NCBI GenBank assembly: GCA_002269645.1
Contig: NIVC01002857.1
Coordinates: 70,874-134,873 of the forward strand
DNA: 64,000 bases
Origin: Macrostomum lignano
Taxonomy: Eukaryota
Direction of reading: 5' to 3'
The notes under the pieces were generated by a model. The model was given only the letters and a program-made list of their open reading frames with translations, did not search any database and had not been told where the DNA came from. The position numbers and the translations under genes were made by a program. Shown here in pieces: positions 23,994 through 46,309 of this stretch (within the stretch, counting starts at the first letter, position 1; each line of letters starts with the position of its first letter).

Positions 23994-24476
23994 TCAGCTG
24001 GCGTCAATGTCGTCTCTGAACTGGTGGATTGCGTTTGCGTACTGCAGCATGACGATGGCCTCCTCTCTCGACAGTCGTGTTCGCAGGTGCTGCAGGCTCG
24101 ACCAGAGGTAGGCGCGCTGCGGCAAAGCTCGGTCCAGATGGAGGTGGGCGATCGTTTCCAAGTACACCCGGATGCCGTGTACCACTCTCTCGAGTGGAGC
24201 GCCGTGCATGGCAATGAGATTCGGGGCTGTCTCACGATAGTATCGTCTCTGTTGTTGCTGAGGCGGTTGAGGCACACGGCTGTCCGGGTGGCGCTGGCTG
24301 GTGCGGCGATGACGGCTGACGCGACAGCTGCTGCTCCTTTGTGGACCTGCTGAAGAAGCTGTTTTTAGGTTTTGAACCAGCGAGTATATAACAGTTACTT
24401 GCAATAGCCGATGGATCTCGAAAATCCTATCAATATTTGTGACAGTCTCACCGATGACTTCTCCAACCTTTTTCAC
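23994..24476 (-). CDS. Hypothetical protein, terminal exon(s) of an unidentified gene
   Basis: 160-codon GC-rich open frame starting right after an acceptor-like ACACAG. The C-terminal half reads like a helical protein (APNLIAMHGAPLERVVHGIRVYLETIAHLHLDRALP...). No family recognised. Confidence 0.35.
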   Translation of the reverse strand: MKKVGEVIGETVTNIDRIFEIHRLLQVTVIYSLVQNLKTASSAGPQRSSSCRVSRHRRTSQRHPDSRVPQPPQQQQRRYYRETAPNLIAMHGAPLERVVHGIRVYLETIAHLHLDRALPQRAYLWSSLQHLRTRLSREEAIVMLQYANAIHQFRDDIDAS

Positions 24477-24864
24477 CTGTGTCGTGTGCTGAAGACTTGA
24501 AAGGCTTTAAAAATCATTGGAGCCCTTGATTTAATAGGTGAGAAGGGGATATAACAGTAGAAATACGAGCTAAATGAATGTTGTCAGTTTTAAAGCTTTT
24601 GTTTAGAGAACTTTAAAGTCCCTAGGGTTGGGAACTCAAGCAATAGAGATTTTTTATTCCATATGCACATTGTGTGGATGCAGTGGTGGGGGCTACAGCT
24701 AAGATGAATACAGTCCTAGCATTCTTTTGTACAATAAATAAATGGGACCTGTTAATGAGTAATACCGGTAGATTAAACTATTATTGTTACTCTTTCATCA
24801 TTATACTATTGACTGATAAAAGAACTATTGACATCAAATTAACATCATTAAACGTTATGGGAAG

Positions 24865-26370
24865 CTACCGGAAATTAGTTTGATACAGGCGGATGCATAA
24901 AATTTTTATTGCGGCAGAACTGACAACTCTGATTCTTGCAAAGATGTCCACCAGCTCAATGATGGACACATTGAGCTCCGATGAGTAGATGGCAGCAGTG
25001 CCACCTTCCACTTTACAAATGGCAAGCGCCACTCGCTGATGATTTCCAACGTCTAAGTGCTGGGCAAGAATGAAATCAAGTGTACGATAAAGATATGTTC
25101 TATTCAGGCAAATTTGATTCAATGAACAGCTGTCTTAGATTAACAAATATGGACTAGAGCATCAAACAGCAGCTCAAATACCTGATACTGAGCAGTGTGA
25201 ATAGACGATCCGCTGGCATCAAAAATACCTTGTCAAGGGTTGCTGCCTTGGGATCGCTTCAAGAGACGTGATCAGTCCTTCCCTACGATTGTCCTAGGGT
25301 CTCAAGACCCACAAGCTCAAGCCAGGTTTAAAACCAATAGACAATCAGAGGGCAGACAAGGGTACAGGCAGCTTGGGGCGGGTCAACCAATCACAGCAGA
25401 ATAATTGGAGGGTTGGGGCTGGTGCGGAAGCAGCTTAGGGCGGCAGAGAAAATGGGGTGGGGCACAAATAAGTTAGCAGCTTAGGGAGCGCAGAGAAAGG
25501 TCCGCCGGGCAGACTTGACTAAGAGCTAGAGATTACTCATCAGTGCAATTAAGTGCACCCGGGCACAACACCGGCAATCAAAGCTGCAGCATGTTGAAGC
25601 ATCCAATTGTGCCGAATACTATGCGAATGCTGGTTGGCACATGCATCGGTAGGATGTGGCACTGAAGGATAAGCTGCATGCAGACTTGAAGCACCTTCGT
25701 GGTGAACTAAGTCTCCAGACGCGCGAGGCTCCATTGTCTGGATCTGGGCATCATCCAACTTGCCTGGCAATGAGGCAACTGACTACTCAGACTGCAGCTG
25801 CAGCTGGAGTTGCCCTAGCCTGCATTTCAAATCAAACCACCGTTTGCACTACTTCTTGTTCTTGTTATTTGCCGGATTTAGCCTGCCTTCTGCACTGGAA
25901 TTGTCACCAGAAAGGAATTGCAAATGTGATCTAACACGATACAGTTTCTGGTTAAGCGCCCTGAGCTTGAGATGATTTGAGATCTTTCGCTAAAGCTGCG
26001 CAATCACAGCATCATGAGCTGCAAGTTGCTTGTGAAGTTCTTGTGAACCTCTACAGCTTTGTCCTTGAAAGCCTCATCAGCACCACACAGCTCCTATGAG
26101 AAACGTTGCAGACGCTGCAAACGTCAGCAGGCCTTGGCTCAAAGCTAGAGCCAAAATTCGCGATAACCAACTACTCTTCCCTGAGCAGCTTCTCAAGCAC
26201 AGTTACGGTAGTCAAAGGCTTCATATTCCTCATCCTTGGGGTAAGCGATGGAGGTATTGAATGCAGGTCTTTAGTCGAGTAACCTTTCCAGCCAAGGTCT
26301 TCTGATCTTCTCGACTGAGAGTGCCAGCTATTTTATGACAGCGCATCCAATGCCTGCTTGCTTGTTAGCA
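24865..26370 (-). pseudogene. Decayed coding-like sequence, unidentified
   Basis: An 85-codon open frame (24865-25122) plus upstream protein-like stretches broken by stops and frameshifts. I could not join it in phase to the 24476 exon. Confidence 0.2.
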
Positions 26371-27017
26371 TGACTCTGAGTCTACACAATTAGTCACCTC
26401 TGACTAGCTATAAGCAGAGCAGTTGAAAGAGGGAGCTTTCGGATGTGTGTAAATGTGACATCGATGTAATAATAGAAAAATTAATCTAAATAAAAAATCA
26501 TATGTAATCAATATAACAAAATGACGGTTTAATACTAGCATTATATATCACCTACTATGTAACTAAAATGTTTAGTACTTGTACAAACTAAGACTAGATA
26601 TAACAAAGAGAAAGTATCATATAATATTTATTCGAAGTTTTAAATGTTCATAAAGCTTAGTGTAGTTGATAAACGTCTTACCTTATTGTCAGTAAATCTG
26701 ATACAGAATATTACGACCAAATAGTGCAGTTTCTGTAGAACAAGTAACATTAATGTCTTATTTTTCAAAAAGAGAAAGCAAGGACAACATTTATTAAATC
26801 ACATAAATTGGCTCAGCCATTGAAAAGGTATAAGAAAATAAATTTAAAAACGACACCAATAGATCACAGTTACTATGGCAAAATTTCATTACATTAACAA
26901 GTCACAATAGAAATGTCTTTGCAGTTTAAATTGTCTTTTTTTGTCCATGACGCTTTAATGAGTATCTTGCATTTGACGCACATTGAATTTCAGCTTTTAT
27001 TTGACAACTGCCTTTCA

Positions 27018-36302
<9,285 letters not shown>

Positions 36303-38306
36303 ACAAAAGCATCAGCAGAAGCGTTGTTTGTTACTTATAGTTTTCACTTTTGGTTGATTGATTTTTCTTTTGTCCACATTTTTGCTGAATTCAATTAAAT
36401 TAGCCTAAAAAAGTCCATTCCTTACCAATCAAGACAGAGCCATCAATACCGCGTGTTGAAGTGCAATTCTCCTCCCAGTTTTTGGTCCGATCAAAATTTA
36501 ACTACGCTCGTATTAATGCAAAATTTGAACATCTTATATATATGCTACTTAGATTACTTAGTAGTATAAATGTACGATTTTTATTGCCATTTTTGTCAAT
36601 AGCTGTTAGAAATGATTGTTGATTTTCTATTATCACCGTTTTTCCTACCTTTTCTCATGCCAGTAAATGAAATGACTTAAAAATAAAATACTATTACCTC
36701 AGCTTACTGCTTGTAAAATTGTTTGTTCCTATTGTCTTATTTATTGTCAAATTAACGAACAGAGGGAGATGGCCTTGCAGCTGTTTTTTTAGAATCGCCA
36801 GAAAACGCACACAATCGTTTTTAGGAATTGAAATCAAGCCTGCTGGCTGCAACAGACTCTCAATTCCTTCACAAGCTTTTCTGTTGTATTTTTGCGACAG
36901 TTTTTCGCAGATCTCTCTAGATAGGCGAAAGCGAAACGCAAAAAAGGGCAAATCAAATTTTCTGACACAGAGATGGCAACACAAAAAACGAATTGGTTTT
37001 TGTTATAATATTCTTAACTCTTTCTACTGTCACAATAAGCTGACGCGCGTCTCTCTCTACTTATAGTAAGCCGCTGCACTTGGGAGACAAAAAACACTTG
37101 GGGAGAGAAAATTGATGCATCGACAGTGTGGAACGCGTCCAATTCAAAGAATTTGTTAAAATTGGGTCAAGCAGCAGGTGCAGCAGTTGAAAGAAGAATT
37201 CTTAATTTTTTTAATTGCAGCGAAAAAAACAGGTTAGAACAAGCATTAATTTGTTAATCTGCTGGCGAGGGGTTATTATAATATTTTGACCGAAATTGAA
37301 AGCAGAAGCGCGAGAAATGAATGGAAGAGGCGCCCACAGCTCGGGGGGGGGGAATTATAAGGTAAAATTAAGTAACAACAACAGAGGCATAGCGGCGGAC
37401 ATGAAGCTGACATGAAACTGTACTGGCTGACATTGAACTTACTGACAATTAAAAACTGGCCATAAACCAAAGCAAAAAACCGTTGTTGCAAATTCAAAAA
37501 GAGAAAAACAGACAACAAAAAACGGCATCAGTGATGAAAATGACAAAGCGAGCGCATATTATTAGTAATAGTATACATAAATTAAAACTAGAAGAAAATG
37601 CGCATTTTGCTACTTATCAGTAGAGCGCCAAAGTACACGACAACTATAATTTAGGAAATGAAGTTAAAGACAAAAGAAATTAAATTCCGTAGGGGATAAT
37701 TCCATAGCGAATGTCTGAGTCCCATTTGAACAGCCGGGATAAAACAAAGGTGGGTTGGGAAGTGTAGCGAATTCTGGCACCGACAGACAACACAATCTAG
37801 ATGACAAAACAGAATAAATAATCAATATTGTAGCATTAATTTAAGCTACCACATTAAATATGACACAAAATAACGTCAATATTATAACAAATATACTAAT
37901 GATAATTAATCGTTTCTTATGAATAAAAATGACAGCTTTTCAAATGGCGCACAGGCAATTAAATTAATTAGTAATTTCAACACGGGAAATGTGAAGTGAA
38001 ACCCGCTTACCAAGATAGTTTTGTATTTGCTACACAGAGGTAGTAAAAATAAATATAGCCAATAAATAAATTACATTCCACTCCCTATCAACATTAAGGC
38101 TACTTAATACCTGGGGGGTAATTAACCAGGACACAATAAAATAATACATTTAAAGATAACAGTACACAGCACATACACAATCGGGCGTCATGCTAATTAT
38201 AGAGAAATCACACACACACTTACGCACACAAATATATAGCAGAATCGGGTCAATGTTAGACAAAATATTCAACTTGTGTTAGATAAACAAAAGTATACAT
38301 TTCAAA

Positions 38307-41300
38307 CTAGCCTTTGTTGCTGGCACCTTGTCGGACAATGTCGGCGACTGTTCGACCTTGATTGCCCCAGGCTGGCCGCGGCCGCTGGCTGGGTTTGTCA
38401 GACGCTGTCGGCGCAACCACAACCGGATTGTTGGGATCGTTCACGGAGACTTCAACGCGTCTAACTGGACGAGCGGATGGAGCGGAGGCTGCTGTTGCAG
38501 TGGAGTCTGCGGCCGCTGCTGCTACCGTCGCCGGCTCCTGTGGAATTTGAATGGCAGTCAGTGAGGGCGATTCTTAGATTTGAAGGTCGATTCTAAACTG
38601 AGAAGGGCGATTCTTAGATTTGAAGGTCGATTCTAAACTGAGAAGGGCGATTCTTAGATTTGAAGGCCGATTCTAAACTGAGAACTGCCATTTTTTAGAT
38701 TTGAAGGCCGATTCTAAACTGAGAACTGCCATTTTTTAGATTTGAAGGCCGATTCTAAACTGAGAAGGGCCATTCTTAGATTTGAAGGCCGATTCTAAAC
38801 TGAGAAGGGCCATTCTTAGATTTGAAGGCCGATTCTAAACTGAGAAGGGCCATTCTTAGATTTGAAGGCCGATTTTTAACTGAGAAGGGAATTCTTAGAT
38901 TTGAAGGCCGATTCTAAACTGAGAAGGGCCATTCTTAGATTTGAAGGCCGATTCTAAACTGAGAAGGGCCATTCTTAGATTTGAAGGCCGATTCTAAACT
39001 GAGAAGGGCCATTCTTAGATTTTAAGGCCGATTCTAAACTGAGAAGGGCCATTATTAGATTTGAAGGCCGATTCTAAACTGAGAAGGGCCATTCTTAGAT
39101 TTGAAAGCCGATTCTAAACTGAGAACTGCCATTTTTTAGATTTGAAGGCCGATTCTAAACTGAGAAGGGCCATTCTTAGATTTGAAGGCCGATTCTAAAC
39201 TGAGAAGGGCCATTCTTAGATTTGAAGGCCGATTCTAAACTGAGAAGGGCCATTATTAGATTTGAAGGCCGATTCTAAACTGAGAAGGGCCATTCTTAGA
39301 TTTGAAGGCCGATTCTAAACTGAGAAGGGCCATTCTTAGATTTGAAGGCCGATTCTAAACTGAGAAGGGCCATTCTTAGATTTGAAGGCCGATTTTTAAC
39401 TGAGAAGGGCCATTCTTAGATTTGAAGGCCGATTTTTAACTGAGAAGGGCCATTCTTAGATTTGAAGGCTGATTCTTAACTGAGAAAGGCGATTCTAAAC
39501 TTAGAAGGGCCATTCTTAGATTTGAAGGCCGGTTTTTAAGCGGAAAGGGAGATTTTGGATGTGACCAATTCTGAAATGTAAAGAGCAACTCTTACGGGCA
39601 ACGTTGGTGCTGATTCTAATAACGTCTGAAAAAGAACAAATTAAACACGTACCTGTTTAGCCTCGGCTTCAATCGCAACAGTCTGAGCTGCAGTCGGCTG
39701 GTCATCAGATTTCTTAGCAATGCTCAGCGGCTTGGACCAGGCGCTGACTGGAGGCTTAGGGGCGTCAGTGAACGTGCCACTATTGGGCGCTGGAGCGGCT
39801 GCAACTTGAGCGGCAGATGAAGCGCCCTGACTCGGCGTTGGGTGCTTCAGATGTTGCGGCTGCTGCTGCTGACGGGCCGCTGGGCCACTCGGTCGATTGG
39901 CGCCAGCAGCTGTGGTGGCTGATGAAGCTGATTGGGAAGCTGAGGGATCCGGTCGAAGGGGAAGCGTTAACAGTGGAGTAACGGATATCATAAATACTGG
40001 GCTGCAGCGCTTTTTAGAAATGCTAGGGGTTGTGCCGGTTCTTAGAAATGCTAGGGGTTATGCCGGTTCTTAGAAATGCTAGGGGTTGTGCCGGTTCTTA
40101 GAAATTCTAGAGGTTGTGCCGGTTCTTAGAAATGCTAGGGGTTGTGCCGGTTCTTAGAAATGCTAGGGTTGTGCCGGTTCTTAGAAATGCTAGGGGTTGT
40201 GCCGGTTCTTAGAAATGCTAGGGGTTGTGCCGGTTCTTAGAAATGCTAGGGGTTGTGCCGGTTCTTAGAAATGCTACGGGTTGTGCCGGCTCTTAGAAAT
40301 GCTAGGGGTTGTGCCGGTTCTTAGAAATGCTAGGGGTTGTGCCGGTTCTTAGAAATGCTAGGGTCGTGCCGGTTCTTAGAAATGCTAGGGTCGTGCCGGT
40401 TCTTAGAAATGCTAGGGGTTGTGCCGGTTCTTAGAAATGCTAGGGGTTGTGCCGGTTCTTAGAAATGCTAGGGTCGTGCCGGTTCTTAGAAATGCTAGGG
40501 TTGTGCCGGTTCTTAGAAATGCTAGAGGTTGTGCCGGTTCTTAGAAATGCTAGGGGTTGTGCCGGTTCTTAGAAATGCTAGGGGTTGTGCCGGTTCTTAG
40601 AAATGCTAGGGTTGTGCCGGTTCTTAGAAATGCTAGGGTTGTGCCGGTTCTTAGAAATGCTAGGGTCGTGCCGGTTCTTAGAAATGCTAGGGTCGTGCCG
40701 GTTCTTAGAAATGCTAGGGGTTGTGCCGGTTCTTAGAAATGCTACGGGTTGTGCCGGTTCTTAGAAATGCTAGGGGTTGTGGCGGTTCTTAGAAATGCTA
40801 GGGTCGTGCCGGTTCTTAGAAATGCTAGGGTCGTGCCGGTTCTTAGAAATGCTAGGGGTTGTGCCGGTTCTTAGAAATGCTAGGGTCGTGCCGGTTCTTA
40901 GAAATGCTAGGGTCGTGCCGGTTCTTTGAAATGCTAGGGGTTGTGCCGGTTCTTAGAAATGCTAGGGGTTGTGCCGGTTCTTAGAAATGCTAGGGGTTGT
41001 GCCGGTTCTTAGAAATGCTAGGGGTTGTGCCGGTTCTTAGAAATGCTAGGGGTTGTGCCGGTTCTTAGAAATGCTAGGGGTTGTGCCGGTTCTTAGAAAT
41101 GCTAGGGGTTGTGCCGGTTCTTAGAAATTCTATGCTTGTAAAAATAATTAATATAATTGATTACACCTGCCTTAATGGGCAGATGTGCAACCGAGAGCTC
41201 AGCCGCAGCTATTGCGTGGCGCATCTGAAGGCTGCGTACGGCTGTTCAGTCCAAGGACTGGGGGGTCGCCACACACACCCTCAATTACCCCAGCTAATGC

Positions 41301-44297
41301 TGGCACCCATTTTAGAGCTGGGTGAACTGAAGCAATGCAGAGTTAAGTGTCTTGCTCAAGGATACAAATTGTTCTTCCGAGTGGGTCAAGAATTGAACCT
41401 CGACATTCAAGTCGTGACTCTGACACTCTAACCACTAGGCTAGGCTTGTCACAATTCTTAGAAATGCTGGGCTTGTCGCAATTCTTAGAAATGCTAGGCT
41501 TGTCGCAATTCTTAGAAAAGCTAGGCTTGTCGCAATTCTTAGAAATGCTGGGCTTGTCGCAATTCTTAGAAATGCTAGGCTTGTCGCAATTCTTAGAAAT
41601 GCTAGGCTTGTCGCAATTCTTAGAAAAGCTAGGCTTGTCGCAATTCTTAGAAATGCTGGGCTTGTCGCAATTCTTAGAAATGCTGGGCTTGTCGCAATTC
41701 TTCAAAATGCGGGGTTGTGCTGATTCTTAGAATGGCTGCACGCGATAGGTCGATTCTTAAAAAGGCACGGTTTAGAATAAATCACAACTTTACCATTGCC
41801 AGTCGAATTAGCTGACTGCTGAGCAGACGGCTGCTGCTGTTGCTTCTGCTTGCGAACTTCCCAGACGTTGACACTTGGCGGCTTCGCGTCGACCATCTTG
41901 GGCGGAGGCGGCGCCTGCGGTGGCTGCTGCTGTTTCTCCGAAGTTCCCGACGATGACGACTGTTGACGAACTTTTTTAGATCCGGGACTGTGACCTGCCG
42001 ACGCTACTACTCCGGCAGTAGTATTTGTGACATTTTCATTCTCGTCAACTCTACTGCTAGACGACGAAGCGTGCTGCCTTCTTGGACCCGCTCCACTCTC
42101 GCTGCCAGCTGTTGCCGCCTGCTGCTGTCGCTCCCGTTCCAGACGTTCTTCAATCCGACGCTCAACTGACGCCGTGTCAACCGGCTTGGCGGCGCCAAAA
42201 ATTGCGGGTGCCGCGGCGGCCGGCGCTTGAGCGGCGGAGTCAGTTGATTCGGCTGGCGGCTTGCTGCGCGGAATCAGGACTAGCTTCTTGCGCTGCCTGG
42301 GCGGCGAGGGCGAACGTCGATTTCTGGGCGGCGAACGGCGATCCCTGGGCGGAGAACGGCGATCCCTGGGCGGAGAACGGCGATCTCTGGGCGAGGGAGA
42401 TCGGCTACTCGGTGACGGAGATCGCCTTCTCGGCGAAGGAGATCGCCTTCTCGGCGACGGGGATCGCCTTCTCGGCGACGGGGATCGCCTTCTCGGTGAC
42501 GGGGATCGCCCTCTCGGCGACGGCGATCGCCTTCTCGGTGACGGGGATCGCCTTCTCGGTGACGGGGATCGCCTTCTCGGTGACGGGGATCGCCTTCTCG
42601 GTGACGGGGATCGCCCTCTCGGCGACGGCGATCGCCTTCTGGGTGACGGCGATCGGCTGTATCTGGGCGGCGGCGATCGTCGACGCTGATTTGACGGCGA
42701 AGGCGACCGGCCACGTTCACGGTCTGGCGACGGCGAACGTCGACGCCGATTCAACGGCGAAGGCGACCGACGCCACGGACCCGCAGGCGAGCGACGCCTG
42801 CCAGCGAATGCGGTACCGCCGCCGCCAGAACGAGGAGACGGCGATCGTCGCCTGGGGCCGCCACCGGATCGCCAATTTGTGTCGGCGTCGACACGTGACG
42901 GACTGGTTCCCTGTCGGCCCCAGCCAGGCCGGCGCTCCATGCCGCCGCCGACAGCGCCGCCGCCGCGACCTCCGCCTCCGACGCGCATCGGTGGGCCCTG
43001 AGGCTTGGCACCGGCCCGCCACGGCCCCTGCGGGCTGGGCGTTCGACGACGCTCCGGCCGCGACATGCCGCCGTCGCGAGAATCCCGACCGCCGCCCCGG
43101 CCGCCGGTGAAACCGTTGTTGGCCGGCGACGAAGGAGGCGGAGGTCTCGCACTTTTGCGCCAATTATTATCGGTCTCGGAGGCCATCTCAGCTTGTAGGC
43201 CGTCACGTCCTGGCCGACCCTTGCCGCCCGCCTGCTGGCCCTGGCCAGCCTGATTGTCAACGAAGTCGATTTTGATTCGCCTTGTACCGATCGCGCGATC
43301 GGACATCTGCAGAGCTTTGATCATGTCCTCGGCTGTGCGCAGGGTCACGTAGCCAAATCCGCGCAGACTGTTGCGTTCGTTGCGGAGCAGATCAATCTGA
43401 GGGTTCGGGTTCGGCACCGTGAAAGTTTTGAGGCTTTTAAAATCTCGGCATATTTGTTGGAAAAATGGCATCCCTAACTCCCAATCCACCATAGGGAAAC
43501 TGGCATCCCAAACTCCCAATCCATCATAGGGAAACTGGCATCCCAAACTCCCAATCCATCATAGGGAAACTGGGATCCCAAACTCCCAATCCACCATAGG
43601 GAAACTGGGATCCTAAACTCCCAATCCACCATAGGGAAACTGGGATCCTAAACTCCCAATCCACCATAGGGAAACTGGGATCCTAAACTCCCAATCCACT
43701 ATAGGGAAACTGGCATCCCAAACTCCCAATCCATCATAGGGAAACTGGCATCCCAAACTCCTAATCCACCATAGGGAAACTGGGATCCCAAACTCCCAAT
43801 CCACCATAGGGAAACTGGGATTCCAAGCTCCCAATCCATAATGGGGAAACTGAGGACAAAAAGTCAGCTTCAAACGTAAAAAATGTAAAAAAAATTGTTT
43901 AATAGCATACCTCGACAACGTCCAGATCCTTGAAGAACTTAGCAACATTCTCCTCGGATGTGTCGAATGGCAAACTGCCAACATAAACCTTAAACGGAGG
44001 CTGTTTAGGCACTTTGCTCAAATCCAAATCTGGTTTAGTTGCCGCCTTAGGCGCAGCTGGCAAGTTTCTGCGCAAACTGAGCAAATCGTTCAGGCCAACA
44101 AATCCGGGGTCCTCTTCTTCCATCACTTCGCCCCAATCGGCGGCGGGCCTGGCCGGTTGTTGTTCGAGTTTGCCAACAACGCCGACATTCTCGCCAATAA
44201 AATCTGTTAGATGCATTTTAGTGCCTTTGTTCTGCTTTTTACCTTTCTTTCCGCCTCCAGTTGCTGGCTTGGCAGCCTCGGATGCTGAATCGGCCAT
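38307..44297 (-). CDS. EIF4B: Eukaryotic translation initiation factor 4B with an expanded RS/RSPSP region, about 835 aa, 4 exons
   Basis: Exons 44297-43911, 43396-41794, 39939-39653, 38537-38307. Total 2508 nt, GT-AG, in phase. eIF4B hallmarks: KKGKKQNKGTKMHLTDF, ADWGE, LPAAPKAA..PDLDLSKVPKQPPFKVYVGSLPFD (RNP2), RGFGYV (RNP1), RIKID, RKKLVLIPRSKP, IFGAAKPVDTASVERRIEERLERE. Confidence 0.88.
38562..39535. repeat. 40-bp minisatellite, eIF4B intron 3
   Basis: Unit GATTCTAAACTGAGAAGGGCCATTCTTAGATTTGAAGGCC, about 24 copies. Confidence 0.97.
40012..41130. repeat. 27/28-bp minisatellite, eIF4B intron 2
   Basis: Unit GGGGTTGTGCCGGTTCTTAGAAATGCTA, about 40 copies. Confidence 0.97.
41140..41442 (-). 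mobile_element. tRNA-derived SINE with a CORE-like central domain (family B)
   Basis: On the - strand: A-box TAGCCTAGTGGTTAGAG, B-box GGTTCAATTCT, then ATCCTTGAGCAAGACACTTAACTCTGCATTGCTTCAGTTCACCCAGCTCTAAAATGGG, which resembles the MIR/CORE consensus as I recall it. AT-rich tail. Confidence 0.75.
41445..41705. repeat. 27-bp minisatellite, eIF4B intron 2 (related to the 40012 array)
   Basis: Unit GGCTTGTCGCAATTCTTAGAAATGCTA, about 9 copies. Confidence 0.95.
43465..43850. repeat. 35-bp minisatellite, eIF4B intron 1
   Basis: Unit CCAATCCACCATAGGGAAACTGGGATCCTAAACTC, about 11 copies. Confidence 0.95.
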
Positions 44298-46118
44298 TGT
44301 GTGTTTATTCAGTTGGCCAATGAAGAAAATTTCATGCATTGTAATAAGAGCTCGACTCTTGATACTAACCATAGCCAACTTTGCTTAACCTGTAGCATTA
44401 ACAATAATATAAAGTGGGAAAATTTAGCTAACTAAACAAGTCCAAACATTTTTGGTAAGCAAGTTAACAAGAATTAATTGCAGCAGTTATTTATACACTG
44501 ATCAATCAAAAAAATAATAAAAATATTAAAGATCTTAAAAAACACAATAAGAATCAATACTTTTAAAATTCTCCCAATTTTATTGTTGTATCTCATTGCT
44601 TCTAATGTGGTTTTTCTTCAAAAATCCAAACATAAATTAAATACTCATCATTTCTACTACAAAATACTTTATATAGCTCAAAAAAGCAACAAAGAAACAG
44701 GTTTAGAATTCATAAATTTTAAGGTATATAAATTTAAAATGTTTTTTTTCTTTCCATTTAAATAATAATAATTATACTTTTTGTAAAGCACCCAGTTATT
44801 TTTTCTATTAACATAAACAACAAAGATCAAATTGTCCTTTTTAAAAGAGGTAAATATGTGTCTTTAAGACCTTAAGAGTAAAAATTAATATCAAAAAAAT
44901 AAATTCCTTTTTGTCCTATGGCTAATTATCATAAGCAAACTGTTTAGGTAGATTGTGTTATTTAATAATTAAAGCCATAACAATTTACTTTTTAATCTAC
45001 TATTTATAGCGCTGTTCTTCAAATTTTTAATACAATATATAAAATTTCAGTTATATTTATTTAAATTTTTTAGCTAAAGTAGGCTATATGCCTTTGATAG
45101 GAGTTAGGCATCTAAGAAAAACTATGATTTTAAGCATAATAAAAAGCCAATGATAGTTACAAAATATTTTAGACTAGTTTTCAAAAAAATATAATTTATG
45201 CTAGCATACCAAGATAAAACTGCATAGATCTGCAACTGCCATGTTTGCTAGCCAACCTAGCCAATCTAATTATAGGGGTCAGAAGATAGGATCTCAATCT
45301 TGATCTTGATTATCAAGATCTTGGCACTTTTCTTAATCTTAATTTGGTTTCAAGATCTCAAAAAAGTCAAAATTTGTAACAATGACTATTAAAATCTTTA
45401 AAATATATTGTCTAACTATTAGGCCTAATTAGTCTATTTGGTAACATAGCTAAGGGGGAAACTGGAATATAGATTCCTAATCTTAATCAACTGCACTTGG
45501 GAAGAGTCAAGAGAGGTTAAGATTATAAGATAGATATACCAATTTCCTATCATTTCGTGTTTCTTAAGAATTAAAATGGAATGTGATATAATAAGATAAA
45601 ATAGATTTTTTATATTATAATAATGTAGTATATAAATTATAATCATATAAGAAAATTTATAAATTATATAATATATGTTGGAACAAGAATCTTATCTAAA
45701 TTAAATATTTGCCAATATTTAGCAAAAACAAAAAATTTCCCAAAAATGTCTATAGTCCTAAGTATAGACTGTGCTTTTTTGCTTTTCACCCTGCATACAA
45801 GAGGGTTAGATCAAATTCACCAAGTATATGCCAATGGACCAGAGGGGAGGGGGTTAGACCATAGAAGGCAGCTACAAAGACTTTGAGTTTGATTCTATAA
45901 AACAATATCCAATGAAGTATTCAAATTTTAAATGAAAGATAATAGATAAACAATACTTATAAAAATGCTTATATATTGTAGTGACCTAAATAATAATATA
46001 CTTGGTATTTATAAATATATTACTTTATAGTAATAAAAACATTTTATTATTATAGAATAATCATTTTAAAAGTATCACAATGTTTTCAAAGGCCTAAAAA
46101 ATTCACGTGAGACATAGC

Positions 46119-46309
46119 CATACATGCGCAACTGCTGGCCGACCTGGCCGATCTGGCCACCGTAAATTGTGGTGGACCAGCGGTAAGTCCTGCCGTTTAT
46201 CCAAAATTGCGTTAATGTTGCTCTAGGATTTTTTTCACAGGTAAGTTGCATTTTTGGTCAAAAAGTAAGTTGCGTGGCCAGTGTAAATCAGGGGGGTTGC
46301 GCATGTATG
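46119..46309. mobile_element. 191-bp hAT-type MITE
   Basis: Perfect 14-bp TIR CATACATGCGCAAC. Perfect 8-bp TSD GACATAGC (46111-46118 and 46310-46317). Confidence 0.85.

Noticed and set aside
23940-24353. 137-aa + strand ORF; likewise 25656-25934, 12369-12781 and 19687-20897 (+)
   Set aside because: Antisense shadows of - strand coding or coding-like sequence.
25150-25215. FDALVHI motif reminiscent of DOCK-family GEFs
   Set aside because: Seven-residue resemblance followed at once by a stop; no further similarity.
42082-43260. Overlapping long ORFs (342, 142, 146, 148 and 169 aa) across the eIF4B repeat exon
   Set aside because: Alternative-frame and antisense read-through of a GC-rich 21-bp coding repeat; only one frame joins the eIF4B motifs.
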